Positions 40,770-50,307 of a DNA stretch of 64,000 bases are shown piece by piece (within the stretch, counting starts at the first letter, position 1; each line of letters starts with the position of its first letter). Origin of the DNA: Bdellovibrionales bacterium CG12_big_fil_rev_8_21_14_0_65_38_15 (lineage in GTDB: Bacteria; Bdellovibrionota; Bacteriovoracia; Bacteriovoracales; Bacteriovoracaceae); assembly GCA_002787775.1 (NCBI GenBank), contig PCUW01000011.1, positions 35,898 through 99,897 of the forward strand, written 5' to 3'. The position numbers were made by a program, and so were the translations under genes. The notes beneath the pieces are model-generated. The model saw only the letters and a program-made list of their open reading frames with translations. It ran no database searches and was not told where the DNA came from.

Positions 40770-40901
40770 TCTGCTGTGATGCCTCCTCCTTAGATCAAGC
40801 AGTGTCAGGCTGACACTAAGAAACAGCTATTTAGCGTCAATTTCTTAAAAGACAATACAATCCCCGCCAATTTCACTCACCATGAATTATTTATAATGCC
40901 A

Positions 40902-40930
40902 TTGTCAGATTGTTTAGGCATTCATAGATT
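40902..40930 (+). promoter_or_regulatory. Candidate sigma70-type promoter for the repeat-protein gene
   Basis: TTGTCA, 17 nt, TAGATT, lying 31 nt upstream of the ATG. An AAGGGGA SD follows. Confidence 0.35.
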
Positions 40931-40960
40931 GCTGCAATCATTCTTAAGGGGAAAAGAACA

Positions 40961-42010
40961 ATGAAAATTTCTGCACTCATTTTTGGTATTATGACATTGG
41001 CTGGTTCATCAGCGTATGCACAGACATGTGCCGTTGATATGGTTCGCTATGGTAGCGTGATCGAAACCTTTTATGCTCAACTTGATCAAAACGGCCGTTG
41101 TCGTGATGCTTTAAGAGACTGTGCAAGAGCTCGTGCTCAACAAGGTGCTGGCACTGAAACAATCTGTGAGCCATCTACAGTTAGGCCAAATCCTAACCCG
41201 AATCCAAACCCATACCCACCAAATCCAAATCCTCAACCACAGCCACCAAGATATGATGTGTTTAGACCACTTCCAGGTCCATCAATTCGCGTTGGTGAGT
41301 TAGTAATGGAATCTTACAATACTCGTTCAATCCAAACTGTTCGTGCAAAAGCAGACGGCAAGTTCTTACTTGAAGATGGTCAGTGGTATAGCTCTGGTTA
41401 TATTAATAAATTACAAGAGTTCTCAAACGGATTAGCACTTGGCGAAGACGTGATGGAAGATTACAACACAAGAAGTATCGTCTATATCAAGGCCATGGCA
41501 GCTGATCTTTTCCTTCTTTCAGATGAGCAGTGGTATAGCGCGAGTTATGTGAATCGTTTAGAAAGATCATATAATGGTATCAGTGTTGGTGAACGAGTGA
41601 TGGAGTCATACAACACAAGAAGCATTGGTGTTGTAAAAGCAATTGCTGGTGGTCTTTTCCTTTTAGATGATGATCAGTGGTATAGTGCAAGTTATATTAC
41701 TAGAATCGACAATAGCTCAAACGGCATCTTTATCGGTGACCAAGTGATGGAAGATTACAATACACGTTCAATCTCACGTGTTGTTGCAATCAGCGGTGGT
41801 CTATTCCTTCTTGATGACGGTCAGTGGTATAGCGCGAGCTACATTAATCGTCTTGTTGAATCTCAAAATGGATTTCGCGTCGGTCAAAGAGTAATGGAAG
41901 ATTACAATACTCGCTCGATTCAAAGAATCGTCGCAATGGCGGGTGGATTGTTCTTACTTGAAGATGGTCAGTGGTACAGCTCAGGCTATATCAACCGTTT
42001 ACAAAACTAA
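40961..42010 (+). CDS. Secreted protein with five 49-aa tandem modules, family unknown
   Basis: Signal peptide ending ...GSSAYA, a 4-Cys head, a PNPNPNPNPYPPNPNPQPQPP linker, then 5 repeats of VME[SD]YNTRSI...GGLFLL[DE]DGQWYS..YINRL. Confidence 0.7.
   Translation: MKISALIFGIMTLAGSSAYAQTCAVDMVRYGSVIETFYAQLDQNGRCRDALRDCARARAQQGAGTETICEPSTVRPNPNPNPNPYPPNPNPQPQPPRYDVFRPLPGPSIRVGELVMESYNTRSIQTVRAKADGKFLLEDGQWYSSGYINKLQEFSNGLALGEDVMEDYNTRSIVYIKAMAADLFLLSDEQWYSASYVNRLERSYNGISVGERVMESYNTRSIGVVKAIAGGLFLLDDDQWYSASYITRIDNSSNGIFIGDQVMEDYNTRSISRVVAISGGLFLLDDGQWYSASYINRLVESQNGFRVGQRVMEDYNTRSIQRIVAMAGGLFLLEDGQWYSSGYINRLQN
41291..42007 (+). repeat. Five in-frame tandem repeats, exact 147-nt period
   Basis: Unit starts at 41291, 41438, 41585, 41732 and 41879. 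The copies differ mainly in codon choice (for example TRS encoded as actcgttca versus acaagaagt). Confidence 0.9.
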
Positions 42011-42018
42011 TTAAACTT

Positions 42019-42043
42019 GGGCCTTTCGGGGCCCTTTTTTTTT
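42019..42043 (+). terminator. Rho-independent terminator
   Basis: GGGCC-TTTCGG-GGCCC followed by T9, 9 nt after the stop. Confidence 0.8.
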
Positions 42044-42199
42044 GGAGTTGCAGGGGATCTTTGCGGTGTGAAAGAAAAGACCCGCTCCAAAACTTTAAAT
42101 GTTCTTGAAGATATTCATCCCCAATTACTATTAAATTCTAAAACGGGTCTTCTTATTTACTGTCAAAAAATTGTTAAGTGATAGTTAAAGCTTATTAAC

Positions 42200-42883
42200 T
42201 TAACCGTTAAATCTTAAACGATATCCAACGCCGCGCACCGTCTCAATAAGATCATCTCTTGTTTTTTGGCGTAGTTGAAGTACGTGAGTATCAACAGTTC
42301 TTGTGGTTGGGTAGTGTTCGTAACCCCACACTTTGTTTAAAATTTCATCACGAGAAAAGGCGCGGTTTGGGTGCTCTGCTAGCAATGTAATGAAATCAAA
42401 TTCCATCTTCGTCATCTCAACGGCTTTACCACCAAAGAAAACTTCACGTTGATTTTTATCAATCATCAGCTCAGCCACTTCAACTTTGCCATCACTTTCT
42501 TTTTCAGCGCCGCCACTGGCATTTGATAGACGTAATTGTGCTCTTATTCTTGCAACAAGCTCACGTGGCTCAAATGGTTTTGTGACGTAGTCATTGGCAC
42601 CACTTTCAAGACCGATCACTTTATCAATGAGTTCTGTTCTAGCTGTTAACATAATAACAGGAATAGCATTTGTTTTTGCTCTTACTTCTTTTAGGTAATC
42701 AACACCCTGACCATCAGGTAGCATCCAATCGAGAATCATAAGATCGTAATCATCGATTTTCTTTGTTCTCGCCTCTTCTAGGTTTTTGGCCAGATCGACT
42801 TGGTATCCTTCATCCTGAATAAACTTTTTAAGAGACGTTCCTAGATTTTCGTCGTCTTCTAAAAGCATGATTTTCTCACTCAC
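42200..42883 (-). CDS. OmpR/PhoB-family response regulator
   Basis: Receiver domain (LLEDDENLG...DLMILDWMLPDG...) plus a winged-helix C-terminus (TVDTHVLQLRQK...VRGVGYRL). Start preferred at GTG 42883 after a GAGGAG SD. Confidence 0.9.
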   Translation of the reverse strand: MSEKIMLLEDDENLGTSLKKFIQDEGYQVDLAKNLEEARTKKIDDYDLMILDWMLPDGQGVDYLKEVRAKTNAIPVIMLTARTELIDKVIGLESGANDYVTKPFEPRELVARIRAQLRLSNASGGAEKESDGKVEVAELMIDKNQREVFFGGKAVEMTKMEFDFITLLAEHPNRAFSRDEILNKVWGYEHYPTTRTVDTHVLQLRQKTRDDLIETVRGVGYRLRFNG

Positions 42884-42897
42884 AGTATTCTCCTCGA

Positions 42898-44487
42898 TCA
42901 AGCCTGAACTGATTTCAAATCCAAAGCTATGGTAAATGTCGTTGGTTTTTTACTTAAAATTAATTCGCCTTTCATTTCATCGATAACTTTTCTAACAATA
43001 TTTAAGCCAAGACCAGAGCCTTGTGACTTAGTTCCTTTTACAAACTCACTGGTCAGATGATCTAAAGTAATATCATCCGCCAACTCCCCTTTATCACTTA
43101 CCTTCAAGGATAGTTTTTTCTCATTTAAAGAAACGTTAACCTGAACCGGAAATACACCATGAAAACATGCATTCTCAATGAGATTCTTTAAACAGATTCC
43201 TAGCCAATAGGTATCTATCTTAGCGGCTATATCATTAGGCAGCAGATTAATAATAAGTTTATCTTCGCCGTACATTTCAAGATAGGTATCTGCGATTTGC
43301 ATGACAAATTCGTTAACAGACTCACAGCCTTCATTTTTAAGTTCAATCAAATTATTACTATTTTTAACTTTTAGATAGTTTCTCGACATTTCAGTTAAGC
43401 GCTGTAAACGGTAAACGTCAGCAGAAAGTCTTAAAATATCATCTTGTTCATCTTCTGGAAATTTATGCAGACGCTTAGAAAGACTTTCAATAATTAAAAG
43501 CATGGAAGCAATTGGTGTTCTAAATTCATGAGAAAGAACTTTTAGAGCCAGACGTCTTCTTTCATCTTCTTGCCTGTCACTTTTGAGTCGACCAATTAAA
43601 GAAAAGATAAGACTACCAACAACAGCTAAAAGACCTAAGAAAAAGACCACTGTAGATTTATTGGCGATACTAAAGATATGGCGAAAACTATAATTCCAAC
43701 ACAATTCTCCATCGCGGTAAAAACAGCTTCGACCTTCTTTATAATTTTGCAGCGTATAGGAAGAATCTTTCAAAAATTCTTCCAGCGCATCTCTTGCATA
43801 GATTCGGTACTCTAAAATACTCAGCATGCGCGGATATTTTAATCTGGCAAAGAGGTAGTCATTGGTGAGTACAGTTCCAACACCTTGAATAATACCTGTC
43901 AGTGTTTTTTCATCGAGATTGGCCAAGATACTAAACACTCCACCAAGTTCACCTACTTCCCTTCTAACAGAGTGAAGTTCTTTAACGTGAAAGTATTGAA
44001 GATGAGATAAAACCCAAGACTTAGCTTGAAAACCTCGTGCCGATGAAAAAGCTAAATAAGCGTAACTAAAACCAGAAGGATGAACATAAGGAGGTTCGAC
44101 AAAAAATCCTCTAGGAAGACTCGTTCGTTTATTACATCTAAATTCTTCCCAGATAAGAATTTTTTCATAATTGGCAGCATTGACGACCGTTTTTAAATTT
44201 TTAAAACAACCTTCATCTGAACTGTAGCGAATATCGGTATCAGTTCCCGATTCAGGAATAGAAAATAATGGGTTTAATAATTGGAATTGGTCTCTTGAAA
44301 AGTACAAACTATTAAAGTTTACAATAGATAGAGGTTTAACCTTGTATTGAAAGTCATTTTTAAGTTCGTTGATTTCTAAGATATCACCTTGGGAGGCGGT
44401 AAATGGTCGCTGTAATAACAAAGAAACATAGCCCGTCGCAAAAGCCATGGTTACAACGGTAAATATTAGAATCAAGTTAAGACGCAT
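42898..44487 (-). CDS. Sensor histidine kinase with large periplasmic domain
   Basis: TM1 at the N-terminus, a ~250-aa extracytoplasmic region, TM2 (VVFFLGLLAVVGSLIFSLI), H-box SHEFRTPI, N-box NLIENA, and a G-box GSGLGL. Confidence 0.85.
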   Translation of the reverse strand: MRLNLILIFTVVTMAFATGYVSLLLQRPFTASQGDILEINELKNDFQYKVKPLSIVNFNSLYFSRDQFQLLNPLFSIPESGTDTDIRYSSDEGCFKNLKTVVNAANYEKILIWEEFRCNKRTSLPRGFFVEPPYVHPSGFSYAYLAFSSARGFQAKSWVLSHLQYFHVKELHSVRREVGELGGVFSILANLDEKTLTGIIQGVGTVLTNDYLFARLKYPRMLSILEYRIYARDALEEFLKDSSYTLQNYKEGRSCFYRDGELCWNYSFRHIFSIANKSTVVFFLGLLAVVGSLIFSLIGRLKSDRQEDERRRLALKVLSHEFRTPIASMLLIIESLSKRLHKFPEDEQDDILRLSADVYRLQRLTEMSRNYLKVKNSNNLIELKNEGCESVNEFVMQIADTYLEMYGEDKLIINLLPNDIAAKIDTYWLGICLKNLIENACFHGVFPVQVNVSLNEKKLSLKVSDKGELADDITLDHLTSEFVKGTKSQGSGLGLNIVRKVIDEMKGELILSKKPTTFTIALDLKSVQA

Positions 44488-44592
44488 AAATTATCCTACT
44501 CGAAAGTGTCATTGTTTCGAGTCAGGCCGTTGTCAAAACAAGGCCAAATCTGTACACCAATATAACCTTTGAATAACATCCCAGGAAACGCT

Positions 44593-45426
44593 ATGCGCAA
44601 TGATCTCAAGGCTTTACAAGGTGATAACACCAAAAAAGAAATTAAAACATCTCGTTTTGTTTTAGGTCTAGATCTCGAAGGGATCAATGAAAATTTAGTT
44701 GAAAACGGAGTTAACCTTGATCTCGACCGCGTCACAGAGATCGGAGCTGTTTTATGGGACGTTGAACGTAACCAACCCATCAAAATCCTATCTGAACTTA
44801 TTGATGAGCCCGATCATCTTCCATTAGACGAAGACACTACTGAACTCACAGGCATAGATGATGCAATGCTAGAACAATGGGGAGCTAAGGGTAAAGATAT
44901 TAAAATCATTTTAGAAAAATTAGTTTCAATGATTGGTCAGGCTGAAGCGATTGTGGCGCATAATGGTGGTAACTATGATCGCCCAATGATTGAAGCAATG
45001 GCCCAGCGCCATGGCGTTCAATTTCCTGACAAGCTTTGGATTGATACTGGTCGCGATATTGAATTTCCTAAGAAAATGCATATGCGTTCTATGGCGGCTC
45101 TTGAGCATGCCCACGGATTTGTTAATCCCTTTCCTCATCGCGCCGTCACTGATGTGCTTTCGATGATGAAGATTTTTTCAACCTACCCTTATGAAAGAAT
45201 TCACGCACTGGCGAGCTCTCCTGTCGTTAAAATTGTGGCCGACTTAAAAGCTCCAAATTGGAAAGATCAGTCTGCCGTGACTGAATTTAATCGCGTTAAA
45301 AATAAAGTCGCTAAAGCTCGTTTTCGTTGGAACCCATCTGACAAAACTTGGTCAAAAGATATTCACCAAATTCTCATCGATGAGGGTAAGATTAACTTCG
45401 AATTTGACTGGTCAGTAAGGGCATAA
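44593..45426 (+). CDS. DEDDh 3'-5' exonuclease domain protein with extra C-terminal domain
   Basis: LGLDLEG (ExoI), AHNGGNYD (ExoII) and HRAVTDV (ExoIII, His type), followed by ~90 aa of unknown C-terminus. ATG 44593 preferred over TTG 44569. Confidence 0.75.
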   Translation: MRNDLKALQGDNTKKEIKTSRFVLGLDLEGINENLVENGVNLDLDRVTEIGAVLWDVERNQPIKILSELIDEPDHLPLDEDTTELTGIDDAMLEQWGAKGKDIKIILEKLVSMIGQAEAIVAHNGGNYDRPMIEAMAQRHGVQFPDKLWIDTGRDIEFPKKMHMRSMAALEHAHGFVNPFPHRAVTDVLSMMKIFSTYPYERIHALASSPVVKIVADLKAPNWKDQSAVTEFNRVKNKVAKARFRWNPSDKTWSKDIHQILIDEGKINFEFDWSVRA

Positions 45427-45435
45427 ACGGCGGCT

Positions 45436-46119
45436 ATGGAAAAGAAGAAGAAAAAAGACAACGCACTCATCAACATTCTAGTGAACGTGGTTATTCCATC
45501 GGTCATTATGTCTAAATACTCTACTCCAGAAACTCTTGGGGAAGTGAAAGGTCTTATCGTCGCATTGGCCTTCCCATTATTTTACGGTATTTGGGATTTT
45601 ATCCGTCAAAGAAAACTCAATCTCTTCTCGGCTCTAGGACTTCTTAGCGTCCTTTTAACTGGTGGTATTGGTTTATTACAACTTGATCGACGCTGGATGA
45701 TTGCCAAAGAAACGGCTATTCCATTACTTATGGGTATCTTTGTTCTTTCAACTCTAAAAGCAAAAAAGCCACTTCTCTCAGCGTTTTTTGGAGAAGTGCT
45801 CGATCTTGAAAGACTTGAGGCTGCCTACAGTGAAACTGGTCACTCGGGTGAGTTTGAATTGCAAATCAGATCAAGTTCAAAGCTTTTAGGTTATAGCTTT
45901 TTCTTTTCCGCTCTTTTAAATTTCGTTCTAGCGGTTGTCGTTTTAGAGGGGGAACCTGGCACGCAAGCTTTCACTGAAAGCCTTGGTCGTATGACAGCGC
46001 TTAGCTTTCCGGCGATCACTGTGCCGATGATGTTAGTGGTTGGTTATATTTTATGGAAGCTCTTTCACCAAATTAAGTTAAGAACGAATCAAGATATCGA
46101 AGAATTTATTCGTAAATAA
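45436..46119 (+). CDS. Multi-pass inner-membrane protein, family uncertain
   Basis: 227 aa with 5-6 predicted TM helices and a Lys-rich N-terminus. Confidence 0.5.
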   Translation: MEKKKKKDNALINILVNVVIPSVIMSKYSTPETLGEVKGLIVALAFPLFYGIWDFIRQRKLNLFSALGLLSVLLTGGIGLLQLDRRWMIAKETAIPLLMGIFVLSTLKAKKPLLSAFFGEVLDLERLEAAYSETGHSGEFELQIRSSSKLLGYSFFFSALLNFVLAVVVLEGEPGTQAFTESLGRMTALSFPAITVPMMLVVGYILWKLFHQIKLRTNQDIEEFIRK

Positions 46120-46133
46120 TAGCTGAGGTCTGC

Positions 46134-47168
46134 ATGGAACTTCGTCCACTTGGTCACAGTAACATTAAAGTAAGTAAGATTTGTCTTGGTACCATGACTT
46201 GGGGTGAACAAAATACTCAAGAAGAGGCCCATGACCAACTCGATTTAGCTCTTGATTTTGGCGTAAACTTTATTGATACAGCTGAAATGTATCCCGTCCC
46301 TCCAATGAAAGAGACCTGTCATGCGACAGAGCAAATTATTGGTCTTTGGAAAACACTTCACTCTAAACGCGATCAAATTATTCTTGCTACAAAAGTTGTT
46401 GGACCTGGATTCGAATGGATTCGCGGTGGCCCAAGACTGACTCGTGGCCAAGTTCGAAAAGCTCTAGAGGACTCTCTAAAAAGACTACAAACTGATTATA
46501 TCGATCTGTATCAGGTTCACTGGCCAGATCGCCATACTAACTTTTTTGGTTCACGTGGATTTACTCCTCCTGAAGGTGAAGAGCAATCAACTCCGATTCA
46601 AGAAACTCTAAGTGAGTTAGCAGCTCTTCAAAAAGAAGGAAAGATTAGAGAATTTGGTCTTTCTAATGAAACAGCTTGGGGAGTTCACGAATGGTTAAGA
46701 CTAGCTGATCAAGGCGTTGGTCCAAGACCAGTCTCTATTCAAAATCCTTACTCACTGTTAAATCGTCTTTTTGAAGTTGGACTTGCTGAGTTTAGTTACC
46801 GTGAAAAAGTAGGCCTTCTAGCCTATTCTCCATTAGCTTTTGGTATGTTAACTGGAAAATATGATAACGGAGCAAAACCAAAAAATGCGAGGCTGACTCT
46901 ATTTGATCGCTTCACTCGTTATAATAATGAAAAAGCAAAAGAAGCTGCCAAAGATTATAATGACCTGGCTAAATCAGTTGGTTTAACACCTGCCCAGATG
47001 GCCTTAGCTTTTGTAACTTCGAGACATTTCACAACTTCGAATATCATCGGTGCGACGACCATGGCCCAGCTAGCGGAAAATTTGTCGAGTGCAACGGTCA
47101 ATCTTTCCGAGGATGTATTGAACGAAATCGAGAAGATATACGCTCTTAATCCTAACCCAGCCCCTTAA
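46134..47168 (+). CDS. Aldo/keto reductase (Tas-like)
   Basis: 344 aa: NFIDTAEMY, LYQVHWPD, and GLSNETAWG. Confidence 0.9.
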   Translation: MELRPLGHSNIKVSKICLGTMTWGEQNTQEEAHDQLDLALDFGVNFIDTAEMYPVPPMKETCHATEQIIGLWKTLHSKRDQIILATKVVGPGFEWIRGGPRLTRGQVRKALEDSLKRLQTDYIDLYQVHWPDRHTNFFGSRGFTPPEGEEQSTPIQETLSELAALQKEGKIREFGLSNETAWGVHEWLRLADQGVGPRPVSIQNPYSLLNRLFEVGLAEFSYREKVGLLAYSPLAFGMLTGKYDNGAKPKNARLTLFDRFTRYNNEKAKEAAKDYNDLAKSVGLTPAQMALAFVTSRHFTTSNIIGATTMAQLAENLSSATVNLSEDVLNEIEKIYALNPNPAP

Positions 47169-47219
47169 ACGAATTTTTTTGCATCCCTGTGCATAAAGCT
47201 GTTAAGATATAGAAAACAC

Positions 47220-47849
47220 ATGGTTGTGTTTGGAGGGAGCATGGAAGTCTCAGGTAAAACTTATTTTAGTACTCGTGAAGATAACGCTGTTGAGCAACTG
47301 TTCAAAACGTTTCTTTCAAACGAGTCAACTCCTTCTGCCCCATTTGAGCTTGGTCTTGAAGCTTTAGAGCAACTCGAACTCTCTGCTCAAACAGAAAGCG
47401 AACTTCTTGGATTCTTTTTAGAAGATATCGTCTTCACTTCGCTCTATGCGACTTTTTACGAAACAATCTTAGTCGCCTTAAAACATAACTCTGAAGCCGC
47501 AGCAAAGCTGATTAATGAATTTGCAGCTGATATGGAAGCACGAGAGCGCGTCATCGCCATCCAAGCTCATCATCACGTTCAATATGTTTTAAATAATGGA
47601 ACATGCAAAGGCTGCGCCTTTTGCGACAATCACCAAGATGTTAATGAGCTTTTAGAGCCATGGAATAATAAAGAGTACGATTTCTTTTGTGGTCTTTATG
47701 TTGGCATGAAAACAATTCAATTTGGTATGGAGCAATTGCTCTATGAACATATTCCTAATGAGCCTCGCTTGATTGGTCATTTAGGTCACGATAATGTTCT
47801 ACAACTTAGACAAAATATTTTCGACTACGCTGAAAAGAAATTTTTCTAA
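47220..47849 (+). CDS. Hypothetical protein (about 200 aa)
   Basis: ORF only. Contains a CKGCAFC cluster. No family recognised. Confidence 0.45.
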   Translation: MVVFGGSMEVSGKTYFSTREDNAVEQLFKTFLSNESTPSAPFELGLEALEQLELSAQTESELLGFFLEDIVFTSLYATFYETILVALKHNSEAAAKLINEFAADMEARERVIAIQAHHHVQYVLNNGTCKGCAFCDNHQDVNELLEPWNNKEYDFFCGLYVGMKTIQFGMEQLLYEHIPNEPRLIGHLGHDNVLQLRQNIFDYAEKKFF

Positions 47850-47858
47850 CTTTAGTTC

Positions 47859-48284
47859 ATGAAGAAAATTGTTCGCTCCTTTTTATTAATAATCATTATT
47901 ATTCTTCCTTTCGCGATAGCGACTTACTTCACTTACGATGCTGTTTGGAGTGTTTTGAATCTAGAAAAAACTCAAGCAACTATTCAGTCATGTTTTACAA
48001 AAACTAGTTCAAGCGGAAAACCAATCAATCACCATGTTCCTAAAGCTCAAAGCGAAAACGGTGAGGTTATTGAAGGGATGATTGGTCAGCCAAAATTCTT
48101 TTTAACCTGCGACGATATGGTTGGAAAAACTATTGATGTGTATCTTGATAAAGAAAATAAAAACAATAATAGAATGGGGACCTTTTGGCAGATGTGGTTT
48201 CTACCTTCCCTTTTTATCATCATCAGTATTTTTTGGTATTCACTCTATTTAAAAAAATTGCTGAAGAAACTTAAAAAATCTTAA
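47859..48284 (+). CDS. Two-TM membrane protein (DUF3592-like topology)
   Basis: N-terminal TM, ~90-aa loop, C-terminal TM, and a Lys-rich tail. Confidence 0.45.
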   Translation: MKKIVRSFLLIIIIILPFAIATYFTYDAVWSVLNLEKTQATIQSCFTKTSSSGKPINHHVPKAQSENGEVIEGMIGQPKFFLTCDDMVGKTIDVYLDKENKNNNRMGTFWQMWFLPSLFIIISIFWYSLYLKKLLKKLKKS

Positions 48285-48706
48285 TCCAAATTTTCATTAA
48301 TCATTTTTAAAATTTGAGGGCCATGACGGTCTCTAAACTTCACAATGAGATTGCTTGCTGATTGATCCGCAGCAAAGATATCAATATACATGTCAAATAA
48401 TGTTCTCGATGAGAAAAGCTTTATCTTGCCACCATCAATTGTCCAAGAACCTGTCCCATCACCAAGATTTGGAAGGTTATAATAAAATTTCCCATCCTGA
48501 TAAAGGGCGAGCTCAATCGGATAATCGTTATTGATAATAGACTTATCAACAGCAAGATCAGGTTCAGTTGGCATCGGCTTCTGATTAACATATTTTTTAT
48601 AGGCTGCCTGATCAACTTCAAAGTATGACAGCGTCGAAGTTTCTTTATCAGGAACACATGAAACGAATAAAGAGATTAGACTAAGTGAAGTTAGGAGTCT
48701 TTTCAT
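48281..48706 (-). CDS. Lipoprotein, function unknown
   Basis: From ATG 48706: MKRLLTSLSLISLFVSC lipobox. The start lies 1 nt after the fabH stop (TAAGATG). Confidence 0.55.
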   Translation of the reverse strand: MKRLLTSLSLISLFVSCVPDKETSTLSYFEVDQAAYKKYVNQKPMPTEPDLAVDKSIINNDYPIELALYQDGKFYYNLPNLGDGTGSWTIDGGKIKLFSSRTLFDMYIDIFAADQSASNLIVKFRDRHGPQILKMINENLD

Positions 48707-48707
48707 C

Positions 48708-49736
48708 TTAATAGCGCCATAATCCTGAGGCCCAAGTAAAGCCTGAACCAAAAGCGGCACTCGCCACTAGCATTCCACGTTTAAGTTTACCTGCTTTAAT
48801 AGCATCTCTCATTCCAAGAGGAATAGTGGCCGCTGTTGTGTTGCCGTAATTTTGAATTGTATTGAAAACTTTATCAGCAGGAATCTGAAGCATCTCACCA
48901 ACTTTATCATTAATTCTGAGGTTGGCTTGGTGAAACAAGAAAAGATCTACGTCTTCAAGTTTTACCCCTGAGCTTGTACAAGTATGAACAAGAGTTTCAC
49001 ACATTCTTTTGACGGCATGAACGAATACTGTTTTTCCGTTCATTTGAGGATAATGCCAGCCTTCTTGAATCATCGTTTTAGGCACGCGTTCTGGATCATC
49101 AAAACCAGTTCCTGGACCTGGTAGCCAAAGCTCTTTAGCAAAAGCTCCATCCGCATGAAGATTGGTGGCAATGATATGTCCATCTTTTGAAGCATCTTTG
49201 ACTTCGGTGGCTGAAACAATAACCGCACCTGCCCCATCTCCAAATAAAACCGAAACAGCTCTACCATTAGGAGTTTTATCAAGTCCCTTCGAGTGGATTT
49301 CACCACCTACTAATAAAATATTTTTATGTGAACCTGATTGAATAAACTTATCGGCAATTGATAAGCCGTAAATGAAACCTGAACATTGCTGGCGAATATC
49401 AAGTGCAGCAATGCCAGAAAGTCCTAATTTATCTTGCAAAAAACAAGCACTACCAGGAAAGTCATGGTCGGGAGAAAGTGTGGCGAAGATAATCATATCG
49501 ATATCTTCTTTTTTTAGACCTGCATCAGCGATTGCGTCTAATGAAGCTTTAAATCCTAAATCTGAAGTTGAAACATTTTGTTCAACCCAATGACGTTGAT
49601 TAATACCAGTTCGTTGAACAATCCATTCATCAGAGGTATCCATCATTTTTTCTAGATCATGATTGGTCATGATTTTTTCAGGAACAAAGGCTCCTACACC
49701 AGAAATACGACTGCTAATGTTAGGGTTGACGCCCAT
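48708..49736 (-). CDS. fabH: 3-oxoacyl-ACP synthase III
   Basis: 342 aa: Cys-His-Asn triad contexts (QQCSGFIYG, FHQANLRI, GNTTAATIP) and GFTWAS. Confidence 0.9.
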   Translation of the reverse strand: MGVNPNISSRISGVGAFVPEKIMTNHDLEKMMDTSDEWIVQRTGINQRHWVEQNVSTSDLGFKASLDAIADAGLKKEDIDMIIFATLSPDHDFPGSACFLQDKLGLSGIAALDIRQQCSGFIYGLSIADKFIQSGSHKNILLVGGEIHSKGLDKTPNGRAVSVLFGDGAGAVIVSATEVKDASKDGHIIATNLHADGAFAKELWLPGPGTGFDDPERVPKTMIQEGWHYPQMNGKTVFVHAVKRMCETLVHTCTSSGVKLEDVDLFLFHQANLRINDKVGEMLQIPADKVFNTIQNYGNTTAATIPLGMRDAIKAGKLKRGMLVASAAFGSGFTWASGLWRY

Positions 49737-49790
49737 ACTTAATTCCTCCGATCATTGATAAGGAATAATCTTAACTTAAAAGAGGCGGCC

Positions 49791-50192
49791 ATGGAAATGC
49801 TCAACATTCTTAATATCACTTCTATCTACGCCGCGTGTCTTGGAATTCTTTTATTCATCTTATCAGTCTATGTCATCAGGTTGAGATGGAAACATAGAGT
49901 TGGGGTTGGTTATGGAAAAAATAACAAAGAGATGGAATCCGGAGTTAGAATGCACGCAAACTTCACCGAGTATGTGCCAACAATCCTTTTGCTAATGGCT
50001 TTAGCTGAAATTTCAGGCAGCTCTGACCTAGTGCTCCATATCATTGGAGGCTGTCTTTTACTTGGTCGTATACTCCATCCGATTGGTTTGTTTTTATCGA
50101 CTGGCTCAAGTGCTCCAAGAGGAATTGGAATGGCGTTAACCTTCACAGCTCTTTTAGTTTCAAGTGTTAATCTCTTGTTAAACGCTCTTTAG
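49791..50192 (+). CDS. MAPEG-family membrane protein
   Basis: About 133 aa from ATG 49791. RLRWKHRVGVGYG...R.H.NF.EY.P pattern with 4 TM helices. Confidence 0.65.
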   Translation: MEMLNILNITSIYAACLGILLFILSVYVIRLRWKHRVGVGYGKNNKEMESGVRMHANFTEYVPTILLLMALAEISGSSDLVLHIIGGCLLLGRILHPIGLFLSTGSSAPRGIGMALTFTALLVSSVNLLLNAL

Positions 50193-50237
50193 CCGAGTAC
50201 CACGCTCAACTAATTGAATCCTGATAAAATATTCCTA

Positions 50238-50260
50238 AGAATCATTGGCCATATGATTCT
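50238..50260. promoter_or_regulatory. Perfect 8-bp inverted repeat upstream of the endonuclease I gene
   Basis: AGAATCAT-N7-ATGATTCT, 48 nt upstream of ATG 50308. No T-tract follows, so it is more operator-like than terminator-like. Confidence 0.25.
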
Positions 50261-50307
50261 CGCGTGCTAGCATTTATTTAATCAATTGACCCAAGGAAGG
50301 AGTCATC

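Noticed and set aside
41291-42007. Regular 147-nt repeats that could superficially suggest a CRISPR-like or satellite array.
   Set aside because: The repeats are contiguous with no spacers and in frame within a single ORF, and they are conserved at the amino-acid rather than the nucleotide level. They are coding tandem domains.
42073-42153. 8-bp inverted repeat AAGACCCG ... CGGGTCTT separated by about 60 nt, downstream of the response-regulator gene.
   Set aside because: The stem is short relative to the loop, and there is no flanking U-tract or further pairing that I could see. It could be chance in an AT-rich spacer, so I do not call it as a feature.
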